64,000 bases of DNA. Source: Isurus oxyrinchus. Its lineage: Eukaryota. The position numbers and the translations under genes were made by a program. Below, piece after piece: positions 1 through 12,069 of the stretch. The notes beneath the pieces are model-generated. The model saw only the letters and a list, made by a program, of their open reading frames with translations. It was not told where the DNA came from and ran no database searches. The stretch spans positions 62,001 to 126,000 of the forward strand of contig JANJGN010000150.1 in the NCBI GenBank assembly GCA_026770705.1, in the 5' to 3' direction. The stretch's first letter is position 1. Every line of letters starts with the position of its first letter.

Positions 1-759
1 CATAGTGTCGCTGAGCAGGCCCTGCCCCCTGCTCGCCAACGGGAAAATTCAGCCCGATGACTCCATGCAACAGGACTGTACAGTGATTGAGGAGCGGGAA
101 TGGATCTGATTTCTTCTTGGTTAGGCCTCACCGCTGAGCCTTTGTGTGTAATGACTCCATAGGACCCTGGTCCTGAACAGAAACCTTGGAGATGAAGTCC
201 CGTCCTTTCACTGAGGATACCCTCCATTGTGTTGTGTGGCACTACCACCATGCTGGATGAGCAGGTTATTGTTGAGTCAATGCCTCTTAATGTCGATTAC
301 ACCTTTGTCACTTTGCTTATGATGAAGAGTAAATTAATAAGGTGGTGATTGGCCAGGTTGGAATTGTCCCGCTGGATTGGACATATCCCTGGGCAGTTTT
401 TCACATTGCAGGTTCAGCAGGCCCTCCCTTCGATGCGCTGTAAAGGACATTGTCCAAGAGCAGGCACAGTGGAGTGCTGAGAGTCACAGTCAAAATGTTG
501 TAGGTGATCTCAAATCCTTGTAAGCACTCGGCCAGCCAACAGCCTGAGATGGACACACATGTGGACAGTACTGACACCTGCCAATGGGCCCCTCATTTTC
601 TTACCTTGACAGGCTGTCCCCACTATTTCCCACTGCCAAGTTGTCGAAGAATATCGGATCACAAAGATTCCAGTATGATGCCCTGCCTGCCTTTAAAAAT
701 GACTCCCCGGGAGATGCCTTGCTCATCCCAATAAGATCAAGTTGAATCAGGAGATCCTT

Positions 760-3700
760 CAATGATGCTTCCTCAGTTTCCGTAGCGTAGAAGCTTTCAC
801 CGTTCCCTCTTGCAGCTGCTGGCATTTGTGTTGTGCTAAATGGACTAGATCAATTGACAGACTTGCATTGTCCAGCAGGTGTAATGTTGGAGCTCCTTTG
901 AAACTGCCAATATTGTTGAAACTTTCTGCATATTTCAATGTTATGTCATGAATTGAGGTGATGGGGTAGTATGTGAAACTGGGACAAACATAAATCCATT
1001 GGCTTTTGGCCAGATTGGATAATCCTGGCAGTGGGTGGGGCCAGAAAATCCCACCCCTATGGGACATTTTCAGTTTATTTGATGTGCTGAGAGAGATCAT
1101 TAAGGACAACAATCCACAATTTATTGGCAAGCCACGTCAGGATATGTGTGAGAGGTGGAATATCGATCACCGCTCCTCGTCTCACCGTGCACATCATCGC
1201 CATTTCCTGGTTTGTCTGTCACCACATGTATATGTTCCTGATGGGATAGTGGATGGTCATTCTTATTGCTTGAAGGTTCCCAGTTGTGTAGGGTCTGTTT
1301 GGATCAGCGCACGGCTCTTTGTAGCTGCATCAGCCTTTGCTCTAGTGCCATGCCGCTGTCAATGGCCCTTTCTGCCACAAGCCTTGCAGGATTGGTGGAA
1401 AGCTGGGCATTTCCTTGGTGCCTGCAGAAGGCCACACCTTCCACACGTCTCACTAGGTTTGGATGTTCTAGTGAGTGTGTCAACAATTGATGTTGTACTG
1501 AGGACCTGTAAGCTTCGTTGACCTGCGAGGATTACTTCGTATTTATGTCCATCCTTGAGTAGCTCTTCAATGCTATAGGTTTTGGACTTATCTAGCAGAT
1601 CTTTCTGGAAGGCTTCCATGGGAGTGGATGCGATCACCAACTCAACAACTCTGTCTGCAGGCTCTGTGTTTGAAATCACAGTGCGTACCCTTTTCTCTAC
1701 ATTGGCTGACAAAGTGGTCTATGGATTGTGTAGGCTGATGAAATGACATAAACTCTAGTTGATGAATATGGAGTTTCACCTGATTCTGAACCTGTCTTCC
1801 AAAGTCGTCCATATCTATTGGGGATCCTTTCACTCTTCTGCTGTTAATCCTGACGTGTTCAGCCTGTGTAGACCTTCATTCCCAATCACGAGGTGAATTT
1901 TTATGGCTTGCTCGTCTGGTTCAGTCACACCTGAATCAGGAAACCAGAGCTCTGTACGCTGTTTAAACATTCTGAATTCAGATAGTCGGTCAGCTCCATC
2001 CCAGTTCAAACTGGGGAATTTCGTGGACATTCTGACAATATTCCTTTGACCTTCCTTCTCCTACAGGACCTGGGATGAGTGTCGCTTTAGCCCCTTTCGT
2101 GCGCTTTTCCGAACCTCCGCCCACGAAGACGGGTTGTGGCAGGAACACACCACGGAGTAATGGAGTCTTTGTTTTTTATTCAATTTGCTGTTCAGCAATC
2201 TCGAAGCCGCCCGTTATAATCACTAACTTCTCTGGCCTGATTTTTATAATGGTTTTTGTGTGTTTGACTCTCCCTCGCTCACTATCGATCCAGCCCACAC
2301 CCTGGTCACTCGCCTTCCCTGACTGAGCTAACCCGCTGCTGGTCCTGGCGATACACACTGTCCCACTCACTGACCTACAGGCCGTGTGCTGTAATCTCAC
2401 CACGAGGGATCCTTCAGCTCCCCAGCTCTTTACTTGAGCTCTTTCCCGTCACTGTGTCTTCAAAGGTTTCCTGAGCAGTCAGTACACTGCGATTTCAACC
2501 CTCTCTGATGCTGTGTCTCTGTTGTGGTCTGACCAAAGCGTCGAGGATCGTCTCATGTCATGTAGCTCGATCTAAGGCTGTTCACCACATCATACCTGTA
2601 CTGAATCTTGCTGCCAGAATGTTTGGCCACCGCTGATCACCATGTTGTGTTTTTATAATGATATAAAGGCACCAGCCACTGATACGGAATTGGGTAAATA
2701 CATTGTGGGTTCAGTTATTTAGAACAGGGACATGAGAACAGATATACAAGGATAGAAAGCTGGGAGACACCTGCAGCCAAACTGTGTGAGCTGTGTTCTG
2801 CTCACAGACCAAAGTGAAACTTGGACTGGATGGTGTTATCATCCCAGCTGATGTTACTACTGGGCAAGTCAGATCCCAGGGTGGAACTCAGCTTGATAGG
2901 TCCTAACTTTTATTTTTTATTTAGGAATGTGGAGTGAGGCTACTGAACAGAGTCACAGAGTCATCTGATGAACTTCTAACAAAAGAATAAAACATTTATT
3001 AAACTAGGAAAGACAAACCATATTACATTAATCCTTCACCCAGACCTATACATTTACAGATTCATAAGTAGAACATAAGTTACAATAGCTATCTTATACT
3101 CTCATGTTCACACTAAGTACACAGTCGATGTAAACCAATAGACGACCTGGTGTCAGGGACACCACATTCTGAAAGAAACTGACAGAACCCACTTGGAACA
3201 AATTCTATGTCTCCCTCCTCATCTGTCCCCAGACGCTTGTTACACTGTGAGCCAACCAGTCTCACTGAACTGAGATATCCATATGAGGGTTTCCAATCCC
3301 CACTCTCCAAGAACTCACTTTGGAATCTTCTCCAACATGACACTTTCACTCAGACACCTTCCACAAGGGTCCACTTTCACTATTTCAAACTCTCCTTCCC
3401 ATGTTCCTGCCCCCTGGATCGCCACGTGCATTCAGCCTTCCTTCCACGCCCTGTCTCTCCAATGCTCAGCCGTGTCAATGGAACACCATGGCTTCACATG
3501 GCCGTAGTAATGAGTCACCAACCTGTGGTGTCTCCTAGGATCTTCTGGCTTCTCGCAAGCCTATTTTGCTTTAGGTCTGTGTCCTGCTGCTTTCTCCCTT
3601 TATGTTTGGAGCCTTCTTCTGCTCCTCACTCTTAACTTCACTTAACAGGGCTTTTTCCAGATTTGATAAGAACGTCTTCTTGGGCCCTTTCTCCTGTTCC

Positions 3701-4146
3701 ACTCGATAGTTTTGGCTTCATCTTTACTTTGGGACTGACTATCTGTCCCGCTCCTTTGCTGCTTCTCCTGGCAACTCCTTTCAACAGAACTGAAAGTACT
3801 TTTCTGTTTTTCTCGGTCTCTGTGTGTCCCTCCCTCTGGATCACTGTTGCTAGGCAACAGCACAGTTTCTTCTAACTTGTGTTTGTTTTGACTTCCCTTC
3901 AAGAGTTATAAAAACTCATTAGATAGGCGGCTTCTTCCAAAGTGAAACCAAAACTCAAGTTCCCCCTTTTCAAAACACCCAAATACAGAAATACAAACTA
4001 AACTTGAACTGAAAGATAGACCTTATGCCTAACGCACACAAATACACAGAGAACTTCCTTAAGCCAACCCCAGTTCTGAAAAATCACATGACGCACTTCC
4101 CCTCGAGTGATGTCATGCTGCTGTCCCTGAAAGGCATATTACAACA
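760..4146 (-). mobile_element. Degenerate Gypsy-type LTR retrotransposon (gag with zinc knuckle, pol fragment, PBS, interrupted 5' LTR)
   Basis: Minus-strand ORF pieces include CGRCG...CPAFHQSCKACGRKGH and a gag N-terminus. PBS-like TGGTGATCAGCGGTGG at 2642-2627 abuts the LTR end. LTR start TGTTGTAATATG at 4146; a second LTR-like insert lies at ~2852-4088. Confidence 0.7.
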
Positions 4147-4771
4147 GTGTTATCACTTGGCAGGTGATGTGACCCAGGCAGACCAAGTCCCTGAGAGAAA
4201 GGTGGTCACACGATCATAATGAATTTGCAATTTGTATTTATTATGAGATGTGTGCACTGAATTCAGAAGCAATAAGTCCACCAAGATCTTTAGAGATTTA
4301 AAAAAATAAATTAAAATATTTGTCACAAAAATAAAAGATTTCAAGCACATACATAAGACTACAATGACAGCTATAATAACTCCAAAAATTCCTAATTAAT
4401 CTGACTCCCAGTTACACTCCCTTTAAGGCAACAGACCAAAAATAGATTTTAGATTTAAAACAAACCCAGCAAGTTAACACAATGCCCTGGACAATGGAAT
4501 TCCAAATGGATTTTCCCCAACTTCAGTTCTGTTGGATAGCAGGCTTGTGCACAAACAGGGTCCTGAGGACCATCAGCCAATGTAGAATGAACTTGTCCAC
4601 TCCTGTTTCCAGGATTCTCTCCCATCCATTGTGATACCTTGGGGAGTTCCATGTGTGTCCTGTAGATGGTCCACACTGCAGCCACTGTGCCCCAGTGAAG
4701 GAGGGGGTGGATATCGAGTCTAGTGGATCGTCAAAACACACAGAGTTAAATATTGATATTTCTCTCCCCAG

Positions 4772-5149
4772 TTGGACTGTCACAAGATTGGAAAGGCAAC
4801 ACTCCACGAGAGGTGACAGCGCAGGAAGGTTCGTGTGTACAGATTCCATGTCATTACAGTTACTCATCACATTTGGTAAAGAAAACACATGTCGGAATCT
4901 GGTATATGAGGAGGTACATACAGAACAAATGGTCTAAATGGTCTATAGCCTTTCACTCCAAGGATCACAGTCACGAGTTACCACGGTTCCACCATCGGAC
5001 CCGGCTGTCTGGAGACCTGAAAGATGGTGACTGTTCCCTGATTATAAACAACATCACACGGGAAGATGCAGGACCTTATTTTTTCAGAATAGAATTTGAC
5101 AATGGTCCGAGCCATAACTATTACCCTGTAACCCAGCTTCACGTTTCTG
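4772..5149 (+). CDS. Gene A exon: Siglec-type V-set Ig domain (VGLSQDW...YFFRIEF...QLHVS)
   Basis: ccccag acceptor and gtaagt donor, phase 1-1. Siglec cysteine pattern EGSCVQIPC / DCSLII. F-strand essential Arg in YFFRIE (cf. CD33 YFFRME). Confidence 0.92.
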
Positions 5150-5876
5150 GTAAGTGCTGTGTTATAATTACTCAACAATTCACATCCAACACTCAATGGG
5201 AAATAACACAAACTGTGACGTTTACATATTAACACAAAACACAGCTTATTATAACACACTGACTGATTCTCAATATCCTGGTGATAGCTTCCAGTTCAGT
5301 CCTAAAGCAACATCTAATACTCACTTTAATATCATTGATTAAATGTATTGACTGTGTCCATCAATGTTATCAGGTTATCCACTCCCATCGATCTCTCTAA
5401 TCCTGTCTCGAAGTCTGACATAGCGACAGAAGAAAGATTCACATTTCTATAGCACCTTTCACCACCTCAGAACGTACCAAATCACTTCACAGCCAATGAG
5501 CTGATTCCTGAATTGTATTTACTGTTGTAATGTGAGAAACACAGCAGCCAATTTGCACAGAGCAATCTCCCACAAATTGCAAAGTAATAAATGGCCCAGA
5601 TCGCTGAGTGAATGATGGGGTAGTGCACTCCGAACTCTGGTCTGCTCCTCCACCCTCACCCACTATTATCAGTTCAAGTGTCTCGGAGTGAACATGTATT
5701 AAGCTGAGAGACAGAAACACCAAAGTCTCAAAGCAGGAAATTCTCTCCTGATCGTTGTAACCTCTCAGATCTGATATCATCCTGTAAAAGTGCTTTTTCT
5801 TGTGGGACTGTGGTTTCTATTTGAACTGATGCTTCACGTTATATTTCTCTAAAAGGATCCATTCTCTGTCTGTTAG

Positions 5877-6173
5877 ATTTCACAGATAAACCCACGATAT
5901 TCCCTGCTGAAATTATTGCAGGAAAGCCTGTGGATGTAAGCTGCACCTTCAACACAACGTGCAATGGAACAGCAGCACCTGTCTTAACCTGGGACTCTCC
6001 CACTGACGTACCTGGATCAGTCTCAAACACTGTAACTCAGCATGGTGTCACTCTGACCTATACTTCTGTTCTGACCCTGATCCCATCACTCAAACACCAC
6101 GGACACACTCTCAGCTGCAGAGTGAGATATCCATCTGTTTCATCGGAGCGGACCCTCGTACTAACTGTGCAAG
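5877..6173 (+). CDS. Gene A exon: first C2-set domain (DFTDKP...CTFNTTC...LSCRV...LTVQ)
   Basis: ttag/gtaagt, 297 nt, phase 1-1. The extra BC-loop Cys is typical of Siglec domain 2. Confidence 0.92.
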
Positions 6174-6349
6174 GTAAGTACCGATACCCTTCATTCTACA
6201 TTCGCTGGAATAGTATAAAATGTGCACAGCAAGCTCCCACACACTGCACTTTGTTTACCAACAGACCATTGGTCTTTAACTGGTAAAAAGTGACCCCTGA
6301 CAGGCAGTACATCCTTACTACTGACTCTCCGACAGTACATCATGGACTC

Positions 6350-7620
6350 ATAGACTCCTAGACAGAAGGAGGCCATTTAGTCCATCATGTCCATGCTGGT
6401 TCATTCTGTCCTTCAGAATTCTTACTAGTAACTTCCCCACCACCGAGGTTAGACTGACTGGCCTGTAATTTCCTGATCTATCCCTTCCTCCTTTTTTTAA
6501 TAATGGGACAACATCAGCCATCCTCCAGTCCTCTGGCACCTCACCTGTGGCCAGAGAGGATTTGAAAATTACTGCCAGGGCCCCTGATATCTCTTCCCTT
6601 TCCTCCCTCAACAGCTTTGGATTCATCTCATCCGGGCTTGTGGATTTATCCACTTTTCAGGCCGCTAAACCCACTAGTACCTCCTCTCTCTGTGTTAATT
6701 ACCTCTCATATTTCACAGTCCTCCACCCTGATGTTATACCTGCATCATCCTTTTCCATTGTGAAGACTGATGCAAAGTATTCATTGAGGACTGTACCCAC
6801 GTCTTCCAGGTCCACACACACATTACCTCGATGGTCCCTAATCAGCCCCACTCTTTCCCGAGTTATTCTCCTGCTCTTTACATATTTAAAAAACCCCTCT
6901 GGGTTTTGCTTTATTCTACTCACCAGTGCTTTCTCATGCACTCTCTTATCTTTCCTAATGTCCTTTTTCAGTTCCCCTCTGCACTATTTATACTCCTCTA
7001 GGGACTCTGCTGTATTGAGCCCTCAGTATCTGCCATAAGCTTCTTTTTTTTCTCAGTCCTAACCTTTATGTTCCTTGTCTTCCAGGGTTCTCCAGACTTG
7101 GTCTCCCTCTTTGTCTTTACAGGAAGATATCTGCTCTGTACTCTCGCTATTCCCTCCTTGAATGCCTCCCACTGCTCTGACACAGTTTTATCTGCAAAGA
7201 GCTTCTCCCAGTCCACTTGGGCCAAATCATATCTCATCTTAGTAAAATTAGCCTTTCCCCAGTTTAGAATTTTTATTCCCAGCACAAACTTATCCTTCTC
7301 CATAACTGTCCTAAATCCAATTGAGTTACAGTCACCATCTCCCCTACTGATACGCTTTCCAACTTCCCCGGCGCTTTTCCATATATTAGGTCCAGAACTG
7401 TCCCCTCCCTTGTTGAGCTTTCTATGCACAGACTAAAAATCTTCTCCTGGATGCAACTTCAGAATTTTTCTCCCTCCCTACCTTGCTCACTAAAGCTGTC
7501 CCAGTTAATATTTGGGTAGTTAAAATCCCTGAGTATTACTGCTTTATTATTCTTACACATCTCTGAAATGTGATCACATGTTGGATTGTCCATCTCTCCC
7601 TGACTGTTTGTTGGTTTTAT
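6350..7620 (-). mobile_element. CR1 LINE ORF2 fragment
   Basis: ORF fragments VPEDWRMADVVPLLKKGGRDRSGNYRPVSLTS and LNWGKANF. Confidence 0.85.
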
Positions 7621-7691
7621 ATCTTGAGTCTATGAGTTCACTGGTTGAGTAAACTCGAATTGCATTCCTTCATATACACTTGTTAGTTGAT

Positions 7692-7895
7692 AAAAACAAA
7701 AAAACTGCGGATGCTGGAAATCCAAAACAAAAACAGAATTACCTGGAAAAACTCAGCAGGTCTGGCAGCATCGGCGGAGAAGAAAAGTGTTGACGGTTCG
7801 AGTCCTCATGACCTCAGTTCTGTCGAAGGGTCATGAGGACTCGAAACATCAACTCTTTTCTTCTCCCCCGATGCTGCCAGACCTGTTGAGTTATT
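7692..7895. mobile_element. Penelope-type short element forming a ~64-bp-arm palindrome
   Basis: aactcagcaggtctggcagcatcgg...gacc pairs with ggtc...ccgatgctgccagacctgttgagtt. Related copies at 16113-16245 and 48815-48950. Confidence 0.6.
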
Positions 7896-8159
7896 CTTAG
7901 CTGATGCTCGCTATCAATAACCAAGAGACACCGACATTAGAACAAGCTGATTATTTATTGTAACAGAGGGCAGAGCACTAAATCCTTGCCTGCTCCCACA
8001 ACCACCTCCAGCTCCAGACTTACAGTTAACCAGTGGCCCACACTGTCCAGTGATTGGTCAGTACTGTCACATGGTTTATCCACTTGTATTCTCTTAAAGG
8101 TACCTGGCACTCCACATTATCACAGGAGGCCTATAGTACACACATAACAGCATGTTTGC

Positions 8160-8475
8160 CTCCTCAGCACTGACCCTTCTACAGTGCAGCACTCCCTCAT
8201 TACTGTCTCTCTAATAGTGTAATGATCCCTCAGTAGTGCTCCTCCAACATTGCACTGGTCAATCAGAACTGACGCTCTGACTGTGCAGTTTTATCTCAGC
8301 AGTAACCCTCCTACAGTGCAGCGCTCCCACAGTACTGTCCCTCCTACAGTGCAGCACTCCCTCAGGACTGACCCTCTGACAGTGCAGCACTCCCTCAGTA
8401 CTGAACCTCTGGCAGTGCAGCACTCCCTCAATACTGACCCTCTGACAGTGCAGCACGCCCTCAATACTGAACTGA
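8160..8475 (+). repeat. 33-bp minisatellite (ctccctcagtactgaccctctgacagtgcagca)n
   Basis: Tandem units; gives spurious HSLSTDPLTVQ ORFs. Confidence 0.9.
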
Positions 8476-8602
8476 AGTGTCTGCCTGGATTACGGGCTAT
8501 GTGGTGAAAGAACCTACATTGACATCACACCTTTCACATTCTCAGTGTCTTTCAAAGTGCTTCACAGTCAGTGTAAGTTAACTGATCTGTATTTGTTTTT
8601 AG

Positions 8603-8884
8603 ACGCACCACGGAATCTCTCAATTACTTATCTTGATATGATTAACGCTTCATCGATCAATATAATTGAGGGGAATTCTGCAGTGATAATCTGCTCTGTC
8701 GAGAGCTTCCCAGCTTCTAACCTGACGTGGCGACATCTTAATGTCCCAATGAACAGAACAAGTTCCAACAATGAGCTGTGGTTGGTGATTCCTCACGTTA
8801 CATCCAGGGATACTGGAGAATATCAGTGTGTGGCAGAGAATGAACATGGAGCAGTGGAGGGGTTCCTAACCATTACTGTGGAAT
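8603..8884 (+). CDS. Gene A exon: second C2/I-type Ig domain (DAPRNLS...CSVESFPASNLTW...YQCVAENEHG)
   Basis: ttttag/gtgagt, 282 nt, phase 1-1; canonical C-W-YxC Ig motif. Confidence 0.92.
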
Positions 8885-10588
8885 GTGAGTTACACAGACT
8901 TTAATATTTCTCTCATCTCCGAACACATATACTCAGATGCTCTCCCACACACACACACACAAGCACTCACAAATGTACAGACCCAAAGTGCATGCACACA
9001 CACAATCCCACACTCATGAGCACACAGAAAGACACACTCACACACAAACACATTAGTACACACTTCCCTGTGAGTTACCTGACCTCCCCAGTACTGCACT
9101 GGAGAGTTCTCCTGGATTCTGGGATATGTGTTCCCATTCATATTTATCGAAGAATATCCAAATTACGAAGTCTATTCCAGAAACTCACATGCACAAAGAT
9201 TCCAACTGATACTCCCCACCTCTCCATGTATCTCTCTCCTCCTTTAAGAAGCTTCCTAATCCCTAACTCTTGCCTGTCCTAACTCCTCCTTATAATGCCC
9301 TGTGTCAAATTTTTTGTGTATCTGAGAGAAAGGGAGAAATAAGGAAGTTTAGGAAGGGATTTCCTGTTAGTGAAGAGCTTACTTCATTTTCTCACCTTTC
9401 CAGTGTTCAGTTTTGCCATCATGTCCAATGACCCTGTTTATAATGGGGGCATCCTATGTAAACGTCACACTGTCTTTACGTCCTCCCACCAGTGGTGGCA
9501 CTGTGGTGCTTAAGCTTGCACCTCCCTGCTTTTCAGCCAACTTCACTTCACAATTTGCTACACATGCTGTAAGTTCATCGAAATTAACTTATATATCAAA
9601 CAGTAGATTTGATAATACAGTTTATAGAAAGGTTCATCCACGCTCTGGGAAGGGTTTACACTCTCCAGGAAGCAGGAATAGGCTGGATGTTGGGGAGTTC
9701 ATCTTTTCCCAGAGAGTAGGGATCCTCGGGAATGTGCTGTCAGTGGGTGTGGTGGTTGCTGTCTCTCTGTTGCCTTCAAGAGGGATCTGGAGTGGTTACT
9801 AACTGGGGGAGAGATCATGGAAGTGGAGAATGATACAGCACAGGAGGAGGCCATTCAGCCCATTGTGCCTGTGCCAGATCTTTCAATGTTCTATCCAATC
9901 AGATCCACTAACCACCACTCCACTTTGCCGCCATCTTCTTCCTTCAAGTGTTTATCCAATTTCCCTTTTGAAAGTTCCTGTTGAATCTGCTTCCACCGCC
10001 CTTTCAGGCAGAACCTTCCAGATCACAACAACTCGCTCTGTCAAAACAAATTCTCCTCATCTCCCCCTCCGGTTCGTCAATCTGTGTCCCTCTGGTTACC
10101 GACCCTCCTGCCCCTTAAATACATCGATACTGTTCACCTCAACCACTCCCAGTGGGAGCGAGTTCCACATTCTCCCCTCTCTCTGGGTAAAGATTGGAAC
10201 TGTTTATTAAGCGGGGGGTGTAAGTCCGTGAGGAAGTCCATCTCGATCCTGTCCGATTCGCACACGCATCCGAGATGGATTTCCACCCTGCACTAAACGT
10301 TTCCAGAATTTTCTACAGCACAGTCCTGTACACAGCGATGGAGAGAAACATTGGACAGGGAGTCCAACAGCACAATGATCCATTCTCACCAATGTTCCAC
10401 GCTAAGGGGAAAGTTCCGATTGTCCACTCTTAGAGTGTTTACAATGAAAACATTCATTCCACATTGAATCCCAGTGGATGGGTCAATATTACAGCAAATG
10501 TTGCAGTGATATGAAGCTTGATTGTTCAGCCAGAGTGAGAGATTGAAAGCGGAGAGTCAGTGATGATTTCTTTCTGTGTGTTCTCTAG

Positions 10589-10728
10589 ACAGTGGAGGAG
10601 AGATTCTGCATGTGATCCTGATCCTGGGAATACGAGCTGTGATATTCCTTGTGGCTGTGGTTATCACTATCGCTGGAGTCTGTGTCTGGGAGAGACAAAC
10701 AGTGAAAGGAAGTCGACAGACTGTTTAA
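10589..10728 (+). CDS. Gene A terminal exon: TM with Arg plus short tail (YSGGEILHVILILGIRAVIFLVAVVITIAGVCVWERQTVKGSRQTV*), activating-type
   Basis: Pyrimidine tract plus ctctag acceptor, in phase 1 with the preceding exon. Hydrophobic helix with CGA (Arg) at 10633-10635. TAA stop and no tyrosine motifs in the tail. Confidence 0.82.
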
Positions 10729-10744
10729 AGATTTGGACAGCAAC

Positions 10745-11360
10745 AATCTCATCATGGAACAGAAGAACGGCATTTGGCCCATCTACTCCATGCTGTCTCT
10801 CTGTAAAGCAATCCAGTCAGTCCCATTCCCCCGTTCTATCCCCGTATCCCTTCAAGTTTATTTCTCCTCAAGTGTCCATCCAATTTCCTTTTGAAATCGT
10901 TCATTGTCTCCGCTTCCACCATCCTCGTAGGCAGCGAGTTCCAGCTCATTACCACTCGCTGTGTAAAAAAGTTCCTCCTCACATCCCCCTCTGCCCAAAA
11001 CCTTCAATCTGTGTCCCCCAGTCCTTGTACCATCAGCTAATGGCAACAGCTTCTCTTTGTCTACCTGATCTAAACCCATCATCATCTTGTACACCTCGAT
11101 CAGATCCCCCCTCAATCTCCTTTGCTCCAAGGAGAACAACCCCAGCTTCTCCAACCCAACCTTGTCGCTAAAATCCCTCATCCCTGGACCCATTCTGCTC
11201 AATCTCCTCCCCACCCTCTCAAGGACTCTCACTTCCTTCCCAAAGTGAGGAGACCAGAACTGGACACAATACTCTAGTTGTGACCGAACCAGAGCTTTAT
11301 AAATGTTCAGCATAACCTCCCTGTGTTTGTACTCAATCCCTCGATTTATGAAAAGCTTAT
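10745..11360 (-). mobile_element. CR1 LINE 3' end inserted just after the gene A stop codon
   Basis: LVRSQLEYCVQFWSPH...LEQRRLRGDLIEVYK. Confidence 0.85.
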
Positions 11361-11773
11361 TCTTTCCATCAGCACAAACAGCAATTTCCAAGCGGACTCC
11401 CATCAGCAGACAGAGTGCAATGAAACATCGGCATGCCTGCTTCTTAATGTACGGAGAGAAACCTGGAACGAGAGATTGTCCTTCTTCTCCTCAGCAAGCT
11501 GAAACTTTTCCTTATACCTGGTGCTCCCCAGTCCTGCTGTGTGGACACATCATAACCACGGCATTGTCTGGCTGTGTGCAGCCAACATGGTCGAATAGGA
11601 ATGAACAGAAATGTGACGTTGCTAAACTCTGTTCTCTGATTGGAATGTGCTTTCTGAATGCTGCACCTTTTTCATGCTGCGATAGATTGTAAGAAGCATT
11701 TGGGTTATGAATAAAATTACATTGATTAACACAAGTGATTAAAATGCTCAGCCTGTTCTGTAAATATTTATAG

Positions 11774-11779
11774 ATTAAA
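11774..11779 (+). terminator. Putative poly(A) signal ATTAAA of gene A (equivalents at 39060-39065 for C and 61322-61327 for D)
   Basis: Positionally conserved in three homologous 3' UTR blocks. Confidence 0.4.
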
Positions 11780-12069
11780 ATTCTTATTTTGCTGCCAAAT
11801 TCTTGCCTCAAAGAAAAGCTTCTTGTTGTCACATTTTCTCTATTATATAAATTCCTGTGCCCATCCTTATTATAGAAACTTCCAATGTAAACATGTCACA
11901 TTGTAGTTGCACACTCCTGCCAGTGGTGGTGCCATTCCAAAGCTGTCTTGCTGCACAGACACAGTGAGAAATATTCTCGACGTGTACATGATGTTGTTGT
12001 TACACGGACATCAGGCGGAATCTTGGGCAGTGCCTAGAATGCACTTAGGGCAGTGCAGACCACACTCAG

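Noticed and set aside
10560-11171. 203-aa ORF overlapping the gene A last exon
   Set aside because: Wrong frame for the phase-1 splice and mostly antisense CR1 sequence. The phase-consistent frame encodes a clean TM helix.
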